From the IMG/VR virus record IMGVR_UViG_3300005331_000001: DNA of 48,448 nt; one strand, given 5' to 3'. The notes below the pieces were generated by a model. The model did no database searches. It was not told the origin of the DNA and saw nothing but the letters and a program-made list of their open reading frames with translations. Shown one piece after another: positions 7,990-17,861 of this stretch. Positions within the stretch are counted from its first letter, which is position 1. Each line of letters opens with the position of its first letter. The translations under genes and the position numbers were made by a program. Source of the stretch: a virus.

Positions 7990-9408
7990 TCATCGCACGA
8001 ACTGCTGCCCGCGCATGTAGGAGGTGTTAACGGATGCGACGGCCTCGCCGCGGGTGATAACCCCGTTGCGGTTTACGTCCAGGCCAGAGTTGGCCGCGTA
8101 CTCGCGCTGGTATGGGCCGCTATCCCGCTCCCACATCACGTACGAATCCGGGCGCCCCACTGCCGCCGGCCAAAGCACTGCCAGGTAAGCGTCACCGAGG
8201 TTCCGGATACGCCCTGAGTAAGGCTTGTAGTACGCCTCCACATAGTCGAGCTGGCGGACTGCCGTCATCCGTGCAAGCTGGGCAGTGGATGTGCCGACGG
8301 CGCGCGCGGAGGCCTCCAGAAACTGGATGAGGCCAGTAGCGGTGCTGCCTGGGTTTCTTGCGGCAGGGCTAAACGTGTAGCCCGTCTCGAACCCCATAAC
8401 GGCCATGAGCCAGTTCGGGTCGAAGGAGAGCCGGTCACATATCTCGCGAACCTTGACGCGGAACGCCTGGTCAACCCTTGCGCCCCAGATCAACTTGCCG
8501 TTTTGCGGGGTTGCGGTCTCATTCGCCGCAGGAGTGGTGCCAGCGCGCAGGCCGTCGATTTCGGTTTTCCAATGTCCCTCCGGCCCAGAATCGCCAGAGT
8601 GCTTCATGGCGAAAATGTTGTACTCGCCGTTGGCGCTGGCGTCACCGCTCAGTTCGGACACGAAGAGGTTGCCGGTGTTGAAGGTCGCGAACTCGCTCTC
8701 TACGTTGATCTTGCCGTTGATACGCAGCGCTGGATTGAGCTGAACCGCAACAAACACGCCAAGGCCGTCAGGCCCGCGTGAGACCTCCGGGATGCCGATC
8801 ATTCCGCTGAACTGGTCCACCCTCACCATAGTTGTGGTGCGCGGCATATTCGGCTTCGTGACGACAATCCGCCCGCGGTCCTGCATCCATTCAAATTTGT
8901 AGGCGTATGCCAGGTCGGTCATGGCTTGCGGGATATCGCCGTCCACCACCAGGCCAGAAGATAGCGGCTTAGCGTCGGCAAACTGAGCGTTGTCGATATC
9001 GATCGGCAGAGGCCATGCGGCGGCCAGGGCGCGGATCACTTCCTCCACCCTGGTGCCAATGCCGAACGAAAGCTGGGCAGATGCTCGGTCAACCGCCGGC
9101 TGCCCTGATCGGCAGATCAGCCTGGTGATGATCTCCGGAGCGCCTGGCTCCCGCTCCCGCAAGGTGTTGGTGACAAAGCCAGTAAATATCGCGTCGACGT
9201 TGTCGTTGTAGCCAGCACGCAGCACGATACTTGACCGTTGCGCGATCGCTGAGCCCTTGTTCATGTTGTAGAGGCGGATGTCGGCGAACGACAGCGCATC
9301 ACCTGGCGAAATATCGATGTTGAACTGGATGCGGAACTGCCGGCGACCGGACTGGAGCCCAATGTAGGGCTGGCCGTTCACGTCAATCGACCAAACACGC
9401 TCTCTCAT
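7990..9408 (-). CDS. Tail/baseplate hub protein with a C-terminal transglycosylase-like domain (472 aa)
   Basis: The C-terminal part ..NWLMAVMGFETGYTFSP..STATGLIQFLEASA.. resembles SLT-type lytic transglycosylases. Confidence 0.55.
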   Translation of the reverse strand: MRERVWSIDVNGQPYIGLQSGRRQFRIQFNIDISPGDALSFADIRLYNMNKGSAIAQRSSIVLRAGYNDNVDAIFTGFVTNTLREREPGAPEIITRLICRSGQPAVDRASAQLSFGIGTRVEEVIRALAAAWPLPIDIDNAQFADAKPLSSGLVVDGDIPQAMTDLAYAYKFEWMQDRGRIVVTKPNMPRTTTMVRVDQFSGMIGIPEVSRGPDGLGVFVAVQLNPALRINGKINVESEFATFNTGNLFVSELSGDASANGEYNIFAMKHSGDSGPEGHWKTEIDGLRAGTTPAANETATPQNGKLIWGARVDQAFRVKVREICDRLSFDPNWLMAVMGFETGYTFSPAARNPGSTATGLIQFLEASARAVGTSTAQLARMTAVRQLDYVEAYYKPYSGRIRNLGDAYLAVLWPAAVGRPDSYVMWERDSGPYQREYAANSGLDVNRNGVITRGEAVASVNTSYMRGQQFVR

Positions 9409-9713
9409 GTTTCCACCAGTGGAGGTATCCAGACGAGGAAGTTATCGATGCCCAGGTTGTCCAGGGTCACGTCTTTGCCGGTGAAAACCATCTGACCTAT
9501 GCCGGATCTGTAGCTCTGGATGATGTCGCTGCCAGGCTCAAGCATTGCACCGGCCACGATGCGGCTGCCGTCACGTAGCAGGTTCATGGACCAGGCCGGC
9601 ACATCCAGGTAGGAAATGAAGTCAATTTCAAAGTCGATCAGGTTGTCACCGAGCTGTACACCAAAACGCTGGTGAGCGTTGGCGGCACCGGCGCGCAGCG
9701 GGATGGTGTACAT
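9405..9713 (-). CDS. Tail-module hypothetical protein (102 aa)
   Basis: ORF translationally coupled to its neighbours (overlapping start and stop codons) in the tail module. Confidence 0.5.
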   Translation of the reverse strand: MYTIPLRAGAANAHQRFGVQLGDNLIDFEIDFISYLDVPAWSMNLLRDGSRIVAGAMLEPGSDIIQSYRSGIGQMVFTGKDVTLDNLGIDNFLVWIPPLVET

Positions 9714-10369
9714 CAGACGACTCCGTCAAGGATTCCATTTACCGACTTCGAAACGCTGTCGGATGCTTCTTTGGCAATTGCCTGGCCGCGATTGATGGCG
9801 CGGGTCAGCGCCGACTTTGACGGGTCCCCGTCGCGCAGTTGATCCGGCGTGCACTGGTAGTCCCGCTGTATGCGGTCTAGCTCAATGACTTCCTGCATCT
9901 CCACGATGAACTCCAGGCCGCCCTCGTTACGTGGCTCCTTGGTCCTGGACAGGCGCGTGATAGCCATGTTCTTCAGCAGTATGTCGCCGGCGTCGATGTC
10001 GAACGGGTCGTACGACTTCATCAGCCAGATCAGGAAGTCGAGCGTGGTACTAGCACGCGTCTCATCGCTCCCGGCCAACCAGCCAGCAGATAAGCCAGCT
10101 ACCGTGGATACGATGGGGTTGTCGGTCAGGTTGGAAAGCGCGCCGCCAAGGAAGTCCGTCAGCTGAACCTTGACCGGGTTGTTGCTGATTGCGCCGGTCA
10201 TGGTCCACTTGAATGGGTTGAGGATTCGGTGATCCGCGATCCTTACGCCTGACTCAATGGGGAATGAGGTGATCGTCACCGTCGCTTCGAATGTGTCCTC
10301 CAGCACTGCGTCGAACGAGTACCCGGCAATTGTCGGGGCTTTGCGCGTGAAGATGTTGATGATGCTCAC
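9713..10369 (-). CDS. Tail-module hypothetical protein (218 aa)
   Basis: ORF directly downstream of the tape measure gene. Confidence 0.5.
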   Translation of the reverse strand: MSIINIFTRKAPTIAGYSFDAVLEDTFEATVTITSFPIESGVRIADHRILNPFKWTMTGAISNNPVKVQLTDFLGGALSNLTDNPIVSTVAGLSAGWLAGSDETRASTTLDFLIWLMKSYDPFDIDAGDILLKNMAITRLSRTKEPRNEGGLEFIVEMQEVIELDRIQRDYQCTPDQLRDGDPSKSALTRAINRGQAIAKEASDSVSKSVNGILDGVV

Positions 10370-10371
10370 GG

Positions 10372-11649
10372 CTATCGCTCCGTTGTGGTCTTCAGGTCAC
10401 CCAGCGTTTCGTAGTTTTGGCGCTCGTTGACCTGGTTAATCTTGGCTTCCAGGGCCTGGCCGTCGAGCTCAAGCGTGATGCCTAGCTGGTTTTTCACGTT
10501 GATCGGCGTACGGGCCAGCACGCCGGCGAGAGCCTCGGCCGAGGCCTGGCGATCCTCGTCCGGAGTGGTTCCGCTGGTAGGCGGCATGCTGTCTGATGCG
10601 GACCTATCCCTGTGGTCCAGGTAGTCGATATCCTCCTGAGATCGTTGAATTTTCCCGGAATAAACCTCCGGAGCGGCCCGATCCACGCCGAAGATCTTGT
10701 CGAACATCGGGTCAATGTAGGGCGTCATGAGGTCGGCAAGGCTGATTGCCATGCCGATCTGTCCGGCACCTTTCAGCGCCCCACCGATGCCGCTCAAGCC
10801 GATCTTGGAAAGCCCAGCCCCGGCGACCACTGAGGAAGCTCCAATCCCTACGCCTGCCGTGGCTTGTGGGTTTTCTGCCAGAGCGTCGATGCCCTTGCTG
10901 ATCTCAGGCCGGTACTGCTTGAGGAAGTTGTTCAGCCCTTCGGTAGCGCCCACCAGACTGGGAAGGAATTTCTCTGCCAGTTCGTTCTTGACACCTTCGA
11001 TTATCAGTCCGAGCTGGGCCGTGTTGTCTGCAAGCTTGCGACTGTTATCGACAAGCTGATCAACGCTGCCAGTCAGCGCGCTGGCCCGCTTCATAGTTGC
11101 GTCGAGCTGATCTACTCCACCGGCGAGCGAGCGGAAAACACCGTCCGACAGGCCGAGTGAGTTTTGAACTACGGACCGCTGCCCCTCATTCAGCTTTGGA
11201 ATCATGCCCGACAGCGCGCGCATGAATTCTTCGCCGGTGTTCGTTTCGTATAGAGAACTTACATCGATGCCAGCCATTGCCAAATCGTTGATCGGGCCAG
11301 CTTCGCCCTTGAGTCGCAGGTTGTTCTGGATCTCCTCGAATCCTTTTATGGTATCCAGAGCCTCTGATGCTTCGCCGCCCATCAGCTTTACAGCGCTACC
11401 GAAGCTGTACACCGCATTCATTGAGGTGCGCAGGTTCTGCGTGGACATGGCTAACTTGTCGACGCGATCTGATACGCCGATGATCGCGCTTGCAGAAAAG
11501 CCAAAAGCACCAACCAATGCGGCAGAAATACTGAGCGCCCCAGACTTTATGTTGCCAAGGCTGGTGTTGATCTTCTTGTCGCCCGCCTCCAGGGCTTTGG
11601 TGTCCCAACCTATGCCGATCAGGAATGACTTTAGAACCTTACTGGCCAT
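10372..11649 (-). CDS. Tail tape measure protein (425 aa)
   Basis: Ala- and Gly-rich helical and hydrophobic segments, positioned after the chaperone pair. Confidence 0.6.
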   Translation of the reverse strand: MASKVLKSFLIGIGWDTKALEAGDKKINTSLGNIKSGALSISAALVGAFGFSASAIIGVSDRVDKLAMSTQNLRTSMNAVYSFGSAVKLMGGEASEALDTIKGFEEIQNNLRLKGEAGPINDLAMAGIDVSSLYETNTGEEFMRALSGMIPKLNEGQRSVVQNSLGLSDGVFRSLAGGVDQLDATMKRASALTGSVDQLVDNSRKLADNTAQLGLIIEGVKNELAEKFLPSLVGATEGLNNFLKQYRPEISKGIDALAENPQATAGVGIGASSVVAGAGLSKIGLSGIGGALKGAGQIGMAISLADLMTPYIDPMFDKIFGVDRAAPEVYSGKIQRSQEDIDYLDHRDRSASDSMPPTSGTTPDEDRQASAEALAGVLARTPINVKNQLGITLELDGQALEAKINQVNERQNYETLGDLKTTTER

Positions 11650-11875
11650 TCGTGATTGCCTCTTTTTGTTCCCACAGTTCGTCCATGGCTTGGTTAAAGC
11701 GCTCGACGCTGGCTAGGGAGTGGGTTCCGTCTTCAAGTTGCGCCCAGGTGCACAGCGGCGGGCACACGCCAACAATCCCGACACAGGGGCGCATCAGGAA
11801 CCAATTTACTGCGCTGCGCTTTCCGCGCCCGGCTGCCCTGGGCTTTTTGCGCCGCTTGGCAGCCAGTCGAAAAAA
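11639..11875 (-). other. Putative programmed -1 frameshift extension of the tail assembly chaperone (slippery T_TTT_TTC at 11869..11875)
   Basis: The minus strand reads gaT TTT TTC in the zero frame. The -1 frame stays open from there to a TAA at 11639..11641, just inside the tape-measure start. Confidence 0.45.
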
Positions 11876-12207
11876 TCGGAGAGGTTCCAGCGCAGCAGCT
11901 CGGCCAGCAGTTGGTTGTACTGCACCATCTTGCCGCCGAAGTCGGCCACGGTGACCGCGCGCTCGGTGCCGTTGATGAATACCCGGGTCATGAGGATCTG
12001 CACGACCTGAGCCTTCACGTCCTGGCGCATCGACATGAACATCGAACAGAGCACCTGGTCATCGACCTCAATACCCGCCTGCGCGGCCGTGGCGAACCGC
12101 TCCAACACGGCGCCGGACAATAGGGACATCAGGCGGTCCTGATCAACAGCGCTGGCCATGGCGGCGTTGTACTGCACACCGCCAATGGTGAATGGTTTCA
12201 CGCTCAT
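11806..12207 (-). CDS. Tail assembly chaperone (133 aa)
   Basis: It lies between the tube gene and the tape measure gene, and a frameshift-compatible downstream frame follows it. Confidence 0.6.
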   Translation of the reverse strand: MSVKPFTIGGVQYNAAMASAVDQDRLMSLLSGAVLERFATAAQAGIEVDDQVLCSMFMSMRQDVKAQVVQILMTRVFINGTERAVTVADFGGKMVQYNQLLAELLRWNLSDFFDWLPSGAKSPGQPGAESAAQ

Positions 12208-12210
12208 CTA

Positions 12211-12618
12211 TCAGCCCCTTGTTGCTTCCCAGATATTGAATTGCATCGTGAACTGGTCGTCCGTGATGGTTGAGCCGGCCCGCCCGCGCTGGCCGTCGTT
12301 CACGATCACGCCTTCAGAGCCCAGTGCCGTTTCCAGCGTACCGATCTGGGTGAAGGTCAGCGTGATGTTCGCGTTCGAGTTCAGCAAGCCCTGCACGTAT
12401 GCCGAGTCGGACGAGCCCGGGTTGAGGTAGACGTTCACCTCGCGGCCAGGGTTTTGACGATCGAGGCGGACGGCGTTACCACCCTGCCCCCGGCGCAACT
12501 GGCTGCGAGGGTCGATCGGCGCATCCGTGTACGGGGTAGCGGTTTCGCCCCAGTCCTGGATCTGCCGGCCATTGATGGTGACGACTGTCAGGTCATTTGA
12601 GAAATTATTCAGGGACAT
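12211..12618 (-). CDS. Tail tube protein (DUF3277-like, 135 aa)
   Basis: Its size and its position immediately after the sheath-like gene fit. Confidence 0.55.
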   Translation of the reverse strand: MSLNNFSNDLTVVTINGRQIQDWGETATPYTDAPIDPRSQLRRGQGGNAVRLDRQNPGREVNVYLNPGSSDSAYVQGLLNSNANITLTFTQIGTLETALGSEGVIVNDGQRGRAGSTITDDQFTMQFNIWEATRG

Positions 12619-12630
12619 TCAGATCACCTA

Positions 12631-13773
12631 TTAATAAACGTCAAGATCAACGTCAACCACATGGATTGCGCCGGCGCGGAACAGGCGGATGCGAAGCGGT
12701 GCGGCCTTTCGTGCGTTACGGTCAGCGTCCGACAAGTCGAGGATATCCTCGGGCTTGGTCAGAATCTCGAAACCGATGGTGTACTTCTCGAGCCCGTCGT
12801 CCGGATCGATGTAGTTGCGCGGGCCGAGATATCCATTGCCGATGTAACCCTGCGAGAACGCTCTTGCAGCCCCGATCAAAACAGCCTCGCCAGGTGGTGT
12901 TTGTCGCAACTTGGTAGGCTGATTAGCATTGGCGTTGTAGAGGGCCGTGGTTAAGCCATTGATATACGCATCCAGGTTCACCACATCGTCGATAAATTCG
13001 CCGTAGGTGCTGTGCGTCATGGTGTTCAGCCAGCGGCCAGAGTCAACAGAGCCCTGGTTGTCTACCACGGTGTAAAAAACAGCCTTTTTCGTAGCGCTTT
13101 GCATTGCAGAATACGCGGTACCAGTCAGTGATTCGGCAGGCACGCCAGGCGACTTTTTGAACTCACCGGTGATGGTCGAGTTGTCGGCACTGTAGTTAAC
13201 AGCGGCGAAATGCTTTGCCAGGGCCGAGCCTGCGTAGGCGTCAGTCGCGTGAGCAGCGGTGTAGACATGGCGGAAGCCTGCTGTGGTCAACTGAGTGGCG
13301 ATATCATCGACATCAGCAGGGTCACGAATCTCTGTAGCCGATGCGCCTGTCTGGTTGTCGATGAACATGCTGGCGTTGTCTTCGCACCACTGGGCGATAG
13401 CCAGTACATCAGCCTTCACCGCCAGGATCGGCGCAGTCCACATGGTCCAGTACCACCAGAGCAAGTTCCGGGCCTTATTCAGCGTCGCCGCCCGGGTCGC
13501 ATCGTCGGTGGCTACGCCATACACCTTAAGTTCGCGAGTGGCTGGCGTGCCGCCAAGCCAGCGCTGGGCCGCCTTGTAGGTCTCAGTGGTGTCGGCGAAG
13601 TCCTCAGACAGCGCGACCAGCGTGAAATACGTCCGGTACGTGTCCGGCGCGAAGCCCACCGGCAGCTCAAGCTGCGGAGCGAACAGCATGGCGCTGGCAA
13701 AGTTCGCATTGCCCAGGCCTGCCGGGCTGATCCGGGCATTAATCCGGATGATGTTGGTAGCTGGATAGCTCAC
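12631..13773 (-). CDS. Tail sheath-like protein (DUF3383-like, 380 aa)
   Basis: Its size and its position ahead of the tube and chaperone genes fit. Family recalled from memory. Confidence 0.55.
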   Translation of the reverse strand: MSYPATNIIRINARISPAGLGNANFASAMLFAPQLELPVGFAPDTYRTYFTLVALSEDFADTTETYKAAQRWLGGTPATRELKVYGVATDDATRAATLNKARNLLWWYWTMWTAPILAVKADVLAIAQWCEDNASMFIDNQTGASATEIRDPADVDDIATQLTTAGFRHVYTAAHATDAYAGSALAKHFAAVNYSADNSTITGEFKKSPGVPAESLTGTAYSAMQSATKKAVFYTVVDNQGSVDSGRWLNTMTHSTYGEFIDDVVNLDAYINGLTTALYNANANQPTKLRQTPPGEAVLIGAARAFSQGYIGNGYLGPRNYIDPDDGLEKYTIGFEILTKPEDILDLSDADRNARKAAPLRIRLFRAGAIHVVDVDLDVY

Positions 13774-13791
13774 TGTGCTAGCTCCAATGGG

Positions 13792-14337
13792 TTATGTGGG
13801 GTCGAATTCCACGGTGAAGGTGTCAAGCACCCTGGCCTTCTCGTTCTGAAGCGCCACTTCGACGCTCAGGATGTTGTTCACCACCGGCAAGCTGCTGGTT
13901 TCGTACATCAGGCGGATGGTGATCTGTGCCCGCTGCTCGAAGTTGGCCGACTGCAGACTGGTTAGGTTGTTCACGGCGTCCGTGCTGTTCCAGCCAATCT
14001 TTGACTTGAACAACATCATGCTGATGTCCGGCCGCTTGTTGGCCTGCTTCAGGCGCTCGGCGTACATGATTGCCTCGCCTCGGTAGAAGTCGACGCTGCA
14101 GGAACACATGATCTGCGCCCGGACATCGACTTCAACCTGGTTGCCAGGTATGTCGCGAGAGACGATGTTTGCCTGGCCGCGCTCGCTGATGGACTGCCGT
14201 GGCGTGATCGTTGCGTACGCGCCCGTAGGCGCAGGCATGCTTCCGGGGCCTGCCTGATCTGCTAGCAGGCATTCAGGCACGCCGGTTGCTAGCATCACTA
14301 TCGGTCGAAGCTTCTTGAACAGTTCTTCGTTGGTCAT
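13792..14337 (-). CDS. Head-tail joining/tail completion protein (181 aa)
   Basis: Position only. Confidence 0.45.
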   Translation of the reverse strand: MTNEELFKKLRPIVMLATGVPECLLADQAGPGSMPAPTGAYATITPRQSISERGQANIVSRDIPGNQVEVDVRAQIMCSCSVDFYRGEAIMYAERLKQANKRPDISMMLFKSKIGWNSTDAVNNLTSLQSANFEQRAQITIRLMYETSSLPVVNNILSVEVALQNEKARVLDTFTVEFDPT

Positions 14338-14705
14338 GCTGGGCCACCTGACTGGTTGTCGATGCGCATGACGAGGACTTTGCAGTAGTTGCGCCAGTAC
14401 CGGTTATCGCACTTGACGGCCTTCCACTGTTGCCCCAAGAACGCCCAGGTACCGGTCTGGTCGATCAGCTGCATCTCGCCCTGGTTGATGTATATCCGTC
14501 GGACGTCGGTGATTCTCTCGCCGCCTTGGCGGATGAAGTCGACCTCTCGATCACTGGCTGGCTGGATATTTACGACGTACGGGCTCGTCTGTGGCGCGCC
14601 CGGCGTCCAGATGCCGTCTACCCACTGACCACCTACGTCGACCGTTCGACTGGCCTCGACACTGACAAACACCAGGTCGATCTGGCCCTCCATGTTCAGG
14701 CTCAT
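14334..14705 (-). CDS. Head-tail joining protein (123 aa)
   Basis: Position only. Start and stop codons overlap those of the neighbouring genes. Confidence 0.45.
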   Translation of the reverse strand: MSLNMEGQIDLVFVSVEASRTVDVGGQWVDGIWTPGAPQTSPYVVNIQPASDREVDFIRQGGERITDVRRIYINQGEMQLIDQTGTWAFLGQQWKAVKCDNRYWRNYCKVLVMRIDNQSGGPA

Positions 14706-15301
14706 TCAAGACCCTCCGATGCAGGACCGATAGACACTTTGTGCGTGATCGACTGGCGCAGCGCGCCGGTATCAATGAGGGGGTTAGAACTCTTCTTCTT
14801 GCGAATGGTTGATGCGGCGTTCGGTGGCGTTTTCAGCTCGGTCATGTAGACCTTCACCGCACCCGCCGCTACGAGGCCGACCATCTCCAGGATCTGATCC
14901 ATAGATAGCCCGGCCTCCATGCCGTCCTGTATGGTTAGCAACACCTCGGGCGTGGCTTTCGCAACACCTGGCTCGAGCCATGGGCGTGCTGGAATCTTGA
15001 TATCATGGGCCGGCGTCTTGCCCAGCTCCATGTAGCCCTTCCCTGTCTTCAGGAATCGGACCTCATCACGGTCGGCTGCAGCCTTGCTGGCATAGCCGTA
15101 GGATGTTCCGCCCGGGTGCTTGATGTTGGCGCCGAACTCGTTGATCGCACCGAGGCTGGCCATTGTCAGATCATCCGACTCGACGTTGCCGGCCTCTTCG
15201 TGGATGCCGATCAGGACAACCTTGTTCGACTTTAGAGCGCTGAGTTCCTTTGCCAACTCGTCCTGCAGTTCCTGAAAGCCAATCAGCGTTAAATCGATCA
15301 T
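14702..15301 (-). CDS. HK97 gp10-like tail component (199 aa)
   Basis: The C-terminal ..TPPNAASTIRKKKSSNPLIDTGALRQSI.. motif is typical of the HK97 gp10 family. Confidence 0.6.
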   Translation of the reverse strand: MIDLTLIGFQELQDELAKELSALKSNKVVLIGIHEEAGNVESDDLTMASLGAINEFGANIKHPGGTSYGYASKAAADRDEVRFLKTGKGYMELGKTPAHDIKIPARPWLEPGVAKATPEVLLTIQDGMEAGLSMDQILEMVGLVAAGAVKVYMTELKTPPNAASTIRKKKSSNPLIDTGALRQSITHKVSIGPASEGLE

Positions 15302-15721
15302 TCAGACCGCCTTGGCGCCCATCCCGGCGCGCTTCTTGAGCCTGTAGAACTGCTGGCCGTAGTTGGTGTAGGTCAGCCAGTCGGTGCCGGCGTCCATCAT
15401 CTGCGGCACGCGGTAGGCGATCGATTCATCACCGACTGACTTCTGGGCCACGTTGAGGCGTGCCTCTGAGTTTGGCGTGCCGCCGGCGCCGAGCGTGGCA
15501 AAGTTTGTCGCCAGCCAATGCGCCGCGAAGTACTGCATGCCGCGCCACTTGAAGTTGTCGCAGGTCAGCTCGAGGGCGCCCCAACGGCTTGAGCCAGTCT
15601 CGGTGCCGGCCTCGCAAAGGGCCTCAACGATGTATTCGTCGGGCCACTTCACCGGGTCGGCGAACGCCTTAAACACAGGATTGCTGCGGAAAGCCGCGAT
15701 CATCTCAGGGGTGATAACCAC
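15302..15721 (-). CDS. Head-tail connector (DUF4054-like, 139 aa)
   Basis: Position after the capsid genes. GTG start. Confidence 0.5.
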   Translation of the reverse strand: MVITPEMIAAFRSNPVFKAFADPVKWPDEYIVEALCEAGTETGSSRWGALELTCDNFKWRGMQYFAAHWLATNFATLGAGGTPNSEARLNVAQKSVGDESIAYRVPQMMDAGTDWLTYTNYGQQFYRLKKRAGMGAKAV

Positions 15722-15722
15722 G

Positions 15723-15890
15723 TTATTCCCCTCGGCGACTGGTCAGCAGTTTGCATACAACTTTCGCCGCGCGAATTGAGGGGATCTTCCCTCGCTGCGT
15801 GAAGCTTTGGAGGTCGCCGACCTTTTTGAACTCAAAGCCGGGGCCAGTGATAACTGCCACGTCACCGTCAACAGCTGCTTTTATGCTCAT
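15723..15890 (-). CDS. Small hypothetical protein (55 aa), not in the ORF track
   Basis: An ATG at 15890 gives MSIKAAVDGDVAVITGPGFEFKKVGDLQSFTQRGKIPSIRAAKVVCKLLTSRRGE. Its stop codon is 1 nt from the next gene's start. Confidence 0.35.
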   Translation of the reverse strand: MSIKAAVDGDVAVITGPGFEFKKVGDLQSFTQRGKIPSIRAAKVVCKLLTSRRGE

Positions 15891-15935
15891 GTCGTCGACC
15901 TCGTTATGAATAAGTGGGCGCCTGGCGCCCGGGTG

Positions 15936-16262
15936 TCACTCGGCCTTCGAGGCCTTGGCGATTTCTTCCAGCAAGCGAGCCTTGCCCCAGGTCTTGTTGA
16001 CCTTTACGCCAGCTCGGCCAGCCTGTTCACGCAGAGCTTCGATGTCGTCGCCTTCGTCATCGTCGTCGCCTTCCAACTCATCAGCGCCAACGCGGCGCAG
16101 GTCGCCGTTCTTGAGCAGAGCCTTGACGAAATCGATCTTTGCGACCGCATCCGGCACTTCGACCGCCGGGTTTTCGCCAGGCAGGATCGGGTAGCTGGTT
16201 TCTTTGTCGTCCACCAGGTGGTTGATGGTGATCAGTCGTGCTGCTTCGTTCTTCAGGAACAT
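15936..16262 (-). CDS. Hypothetical head protein with an acidic linker and a Rho-N/SAP-like C-terminus (108 aa)
   Basis: An internal ATG preceded by GAGGAT, the acidic stretch ELEGDDDDEGDDIEALRE, then KTWGKARLLEEIAKA. Confidence 0.55.
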   Translation of the reverse strand: MFLKNEAARLITINHLVDDKETSYPILPGENPAVEVPDAVAKIDFVKALLKNGDLRRVGADELEGDDDDEGDDIEALREQAGRAGVKVNKTWGKARLLEEIAKASKAE

Positions 16263-16330
16263 GTCGAATCCTCGCCCGGAGTCATTGGCCGCCGCCCCGG
16301 GCATAGCGGAGGCGGCCGTGGAACGGCTGG

Positions 16331-17359
16331 TTAGAACTGGTCGCGGTAAGCGCCAGAGAACGGGTAGCGGAATTCCACGCCAGACAACTTGTATTCGCAC
16401 GGCACGCTGACCGTGAGGTTGTGGAACTGCGGAGCCAGGGAGCGCCACGGGATCGGCACCTGCATACCCAGGTTCTCGTCGTTCAGCTCGTAAGCGACGA
16501 TGCGGTCCTTGTTGCCGTTTGACACGCCGGCGGCGGCCAGCTGGGCAGCGGACAGTTGCAGGCGGCTGAAGATGTTGATCGGGCGACCGGTCAGCGCGGT
16601 GAACTGGTTGTTGGTGCGGAAGTACTCGAGGATCGTCTTGTCGGTGATGGTGCCCATCCGCTTGTTCGAGATGAACGCGAAACGGGCAGCATCAAGGATC
16701 ACGGTATCGAACAGGTGAACGGTCGCCGAGTTGATGTAGCCATCAACCAGGATCTTGTTCAGGTCCGCGACGATCTGGTCACCGGTGGTGGCAGCGTTGT
16801 ACCAGTCCAGCGTCGAGTTCGAGAGCGCCAAGTTCGGGTTGTTGAACAGGCCAGTCATGCCGCGAGCAGCATCGCCGAAGTACGCCACGCGCTGGGTGTG
16901 CTCTTGGGCACCACGGAAGGCCAGGCGCGCCTTGGTGGTGTCCAGAGGAATGCGCAGTTGTTGCGATTTGCGCAGTTCGTCCAGGCTGTAGCTGTACTTG
17001 TTACCAGCGTAGCCGATTGGCACGCTGGATTTGTTCGCGTTGATGGTTACATCAGGCAGGTCGTCAGCGCTGGCGCCGATGAATTTTCCGATGGTCACGC
17101 CGTCGTAGCTGATGTAATTCCACTCGTCTACCCATTCAGGAAGCGAGGTGTCAACAGGGATCAACTCCATGTAGTTGATCGCGGCATACTTGGCCTCGTA
17201 GATACGAGATTCCAGGTTTGCCAACTGGCTGATATAGAACGCCAGGCCATCGTCGAGAGTCGGAAGGCCGTCAATAAAGGTCACTTGGTGAGCGTCACGG
17301 CCGATCTGTTGCGCGATAGCAGCATCGATGGCTACGACGATTTTCTTAAGCTGAGTCAT
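16331..17359 (-). CDS. Major capsid protein (DUF2184-like, 342 aa)
   Basis: Its size, its position after the scaffold and decoration genes, and the N-terminal LANLESRIYEAKY motif fit. Confidence 0.7.
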   Translation of the reverse strand: MTQLKKIVVAIDAAIAQQIGRDAHQVTFIDGLPTLDDGLAFYISQLANLESRIYEAKYAAINYMELIPVDTSLPEWVDEWNYISYDGVTIGKFIGASADDLPDVTINANKSSVPIGYAGNKYSYSLDELRKSQQLRIPLDTTKARLAFRGAQEHTQRVAYFGDAARGMTGLFNNPNLALSNSTLDWYNAATTGDQIVADLNKILVDGYINSATVHLFDTVILDAARFAFISNKRMGTITDKTILEYFRTNNQFTALTGRPINIFSRLQLSAAQLAAAGVSNGNKDRIVAYELNDENLGMQVPIPWRSLAPQFHNLTVSVPCEYKLSGVEFRYPFSGAYRDQF

Positions 17360-17364
17360 GTCGA

Positions 17365-17859
17365 TTAGCCCCCGACCTTCAGAGAAATTTTAGCCAGTGC
17401 GCCGGCGCCGGCCGTGCTGACCCATTTGGCGTTCGGGATCAGGACTGCCAGAGTGGCGGCAGCGCCGACCACGTTGGAGAACTGGCCCTGGTTGGTTCCG
17501 GTGCCGTCGCCGACAACCCAGTACACCGGATCATCCTTGGCAACAGCCACGCGGGCGGTAACCCAGATAGGCGCCATGGTCTCGACGGTCATGTCGCGCT
17601 TGGCCACCGCACCGAATACGTCGGTAGTGGTGTAGGCACGATTCAATTCGCGACGAACCACGCCGATGAAGTTGGCAGCAGTGGAAGCTGACGTTGGCAG
17701 CTTGGCACCGTCGTCACCATCACTAGCAACACCCAGGCCGTAGGCGATGTTCGCAGCGCCCTTGTTGAGTTTGGAGACGCCGTTGGACACTTCGCCATCA
17801 GCGACCATGCCCGCGTATGCGACGCCGTGGTTGATTGCGTTACCACCTTGAACTGGCAT
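17365..17859 (-). CDS. Capsid decoration/cement-like protein (DUF2190-like, 164 aa)
   Basis: A Gly- and Ala-rich beta protein immediately upstream of the capsid gene. Confidence 0.5.
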   Translation of the reverse strand: MPVQGGNAINHGVAYAGMVADGEVSNGVSKLNKGAANIAYGLGVASDGDDGAKLPTSASTAANFIGVVRRELNRAYTTTDVFGAVAKRDMTVETMAPIWVTARVAVAKDDPVYWVVGDGTGTNQGQFSNVVGAAATLAVLIPNAKWVSTAGAGALAKISLKVGG

Positions 17860-17861
17860 GG

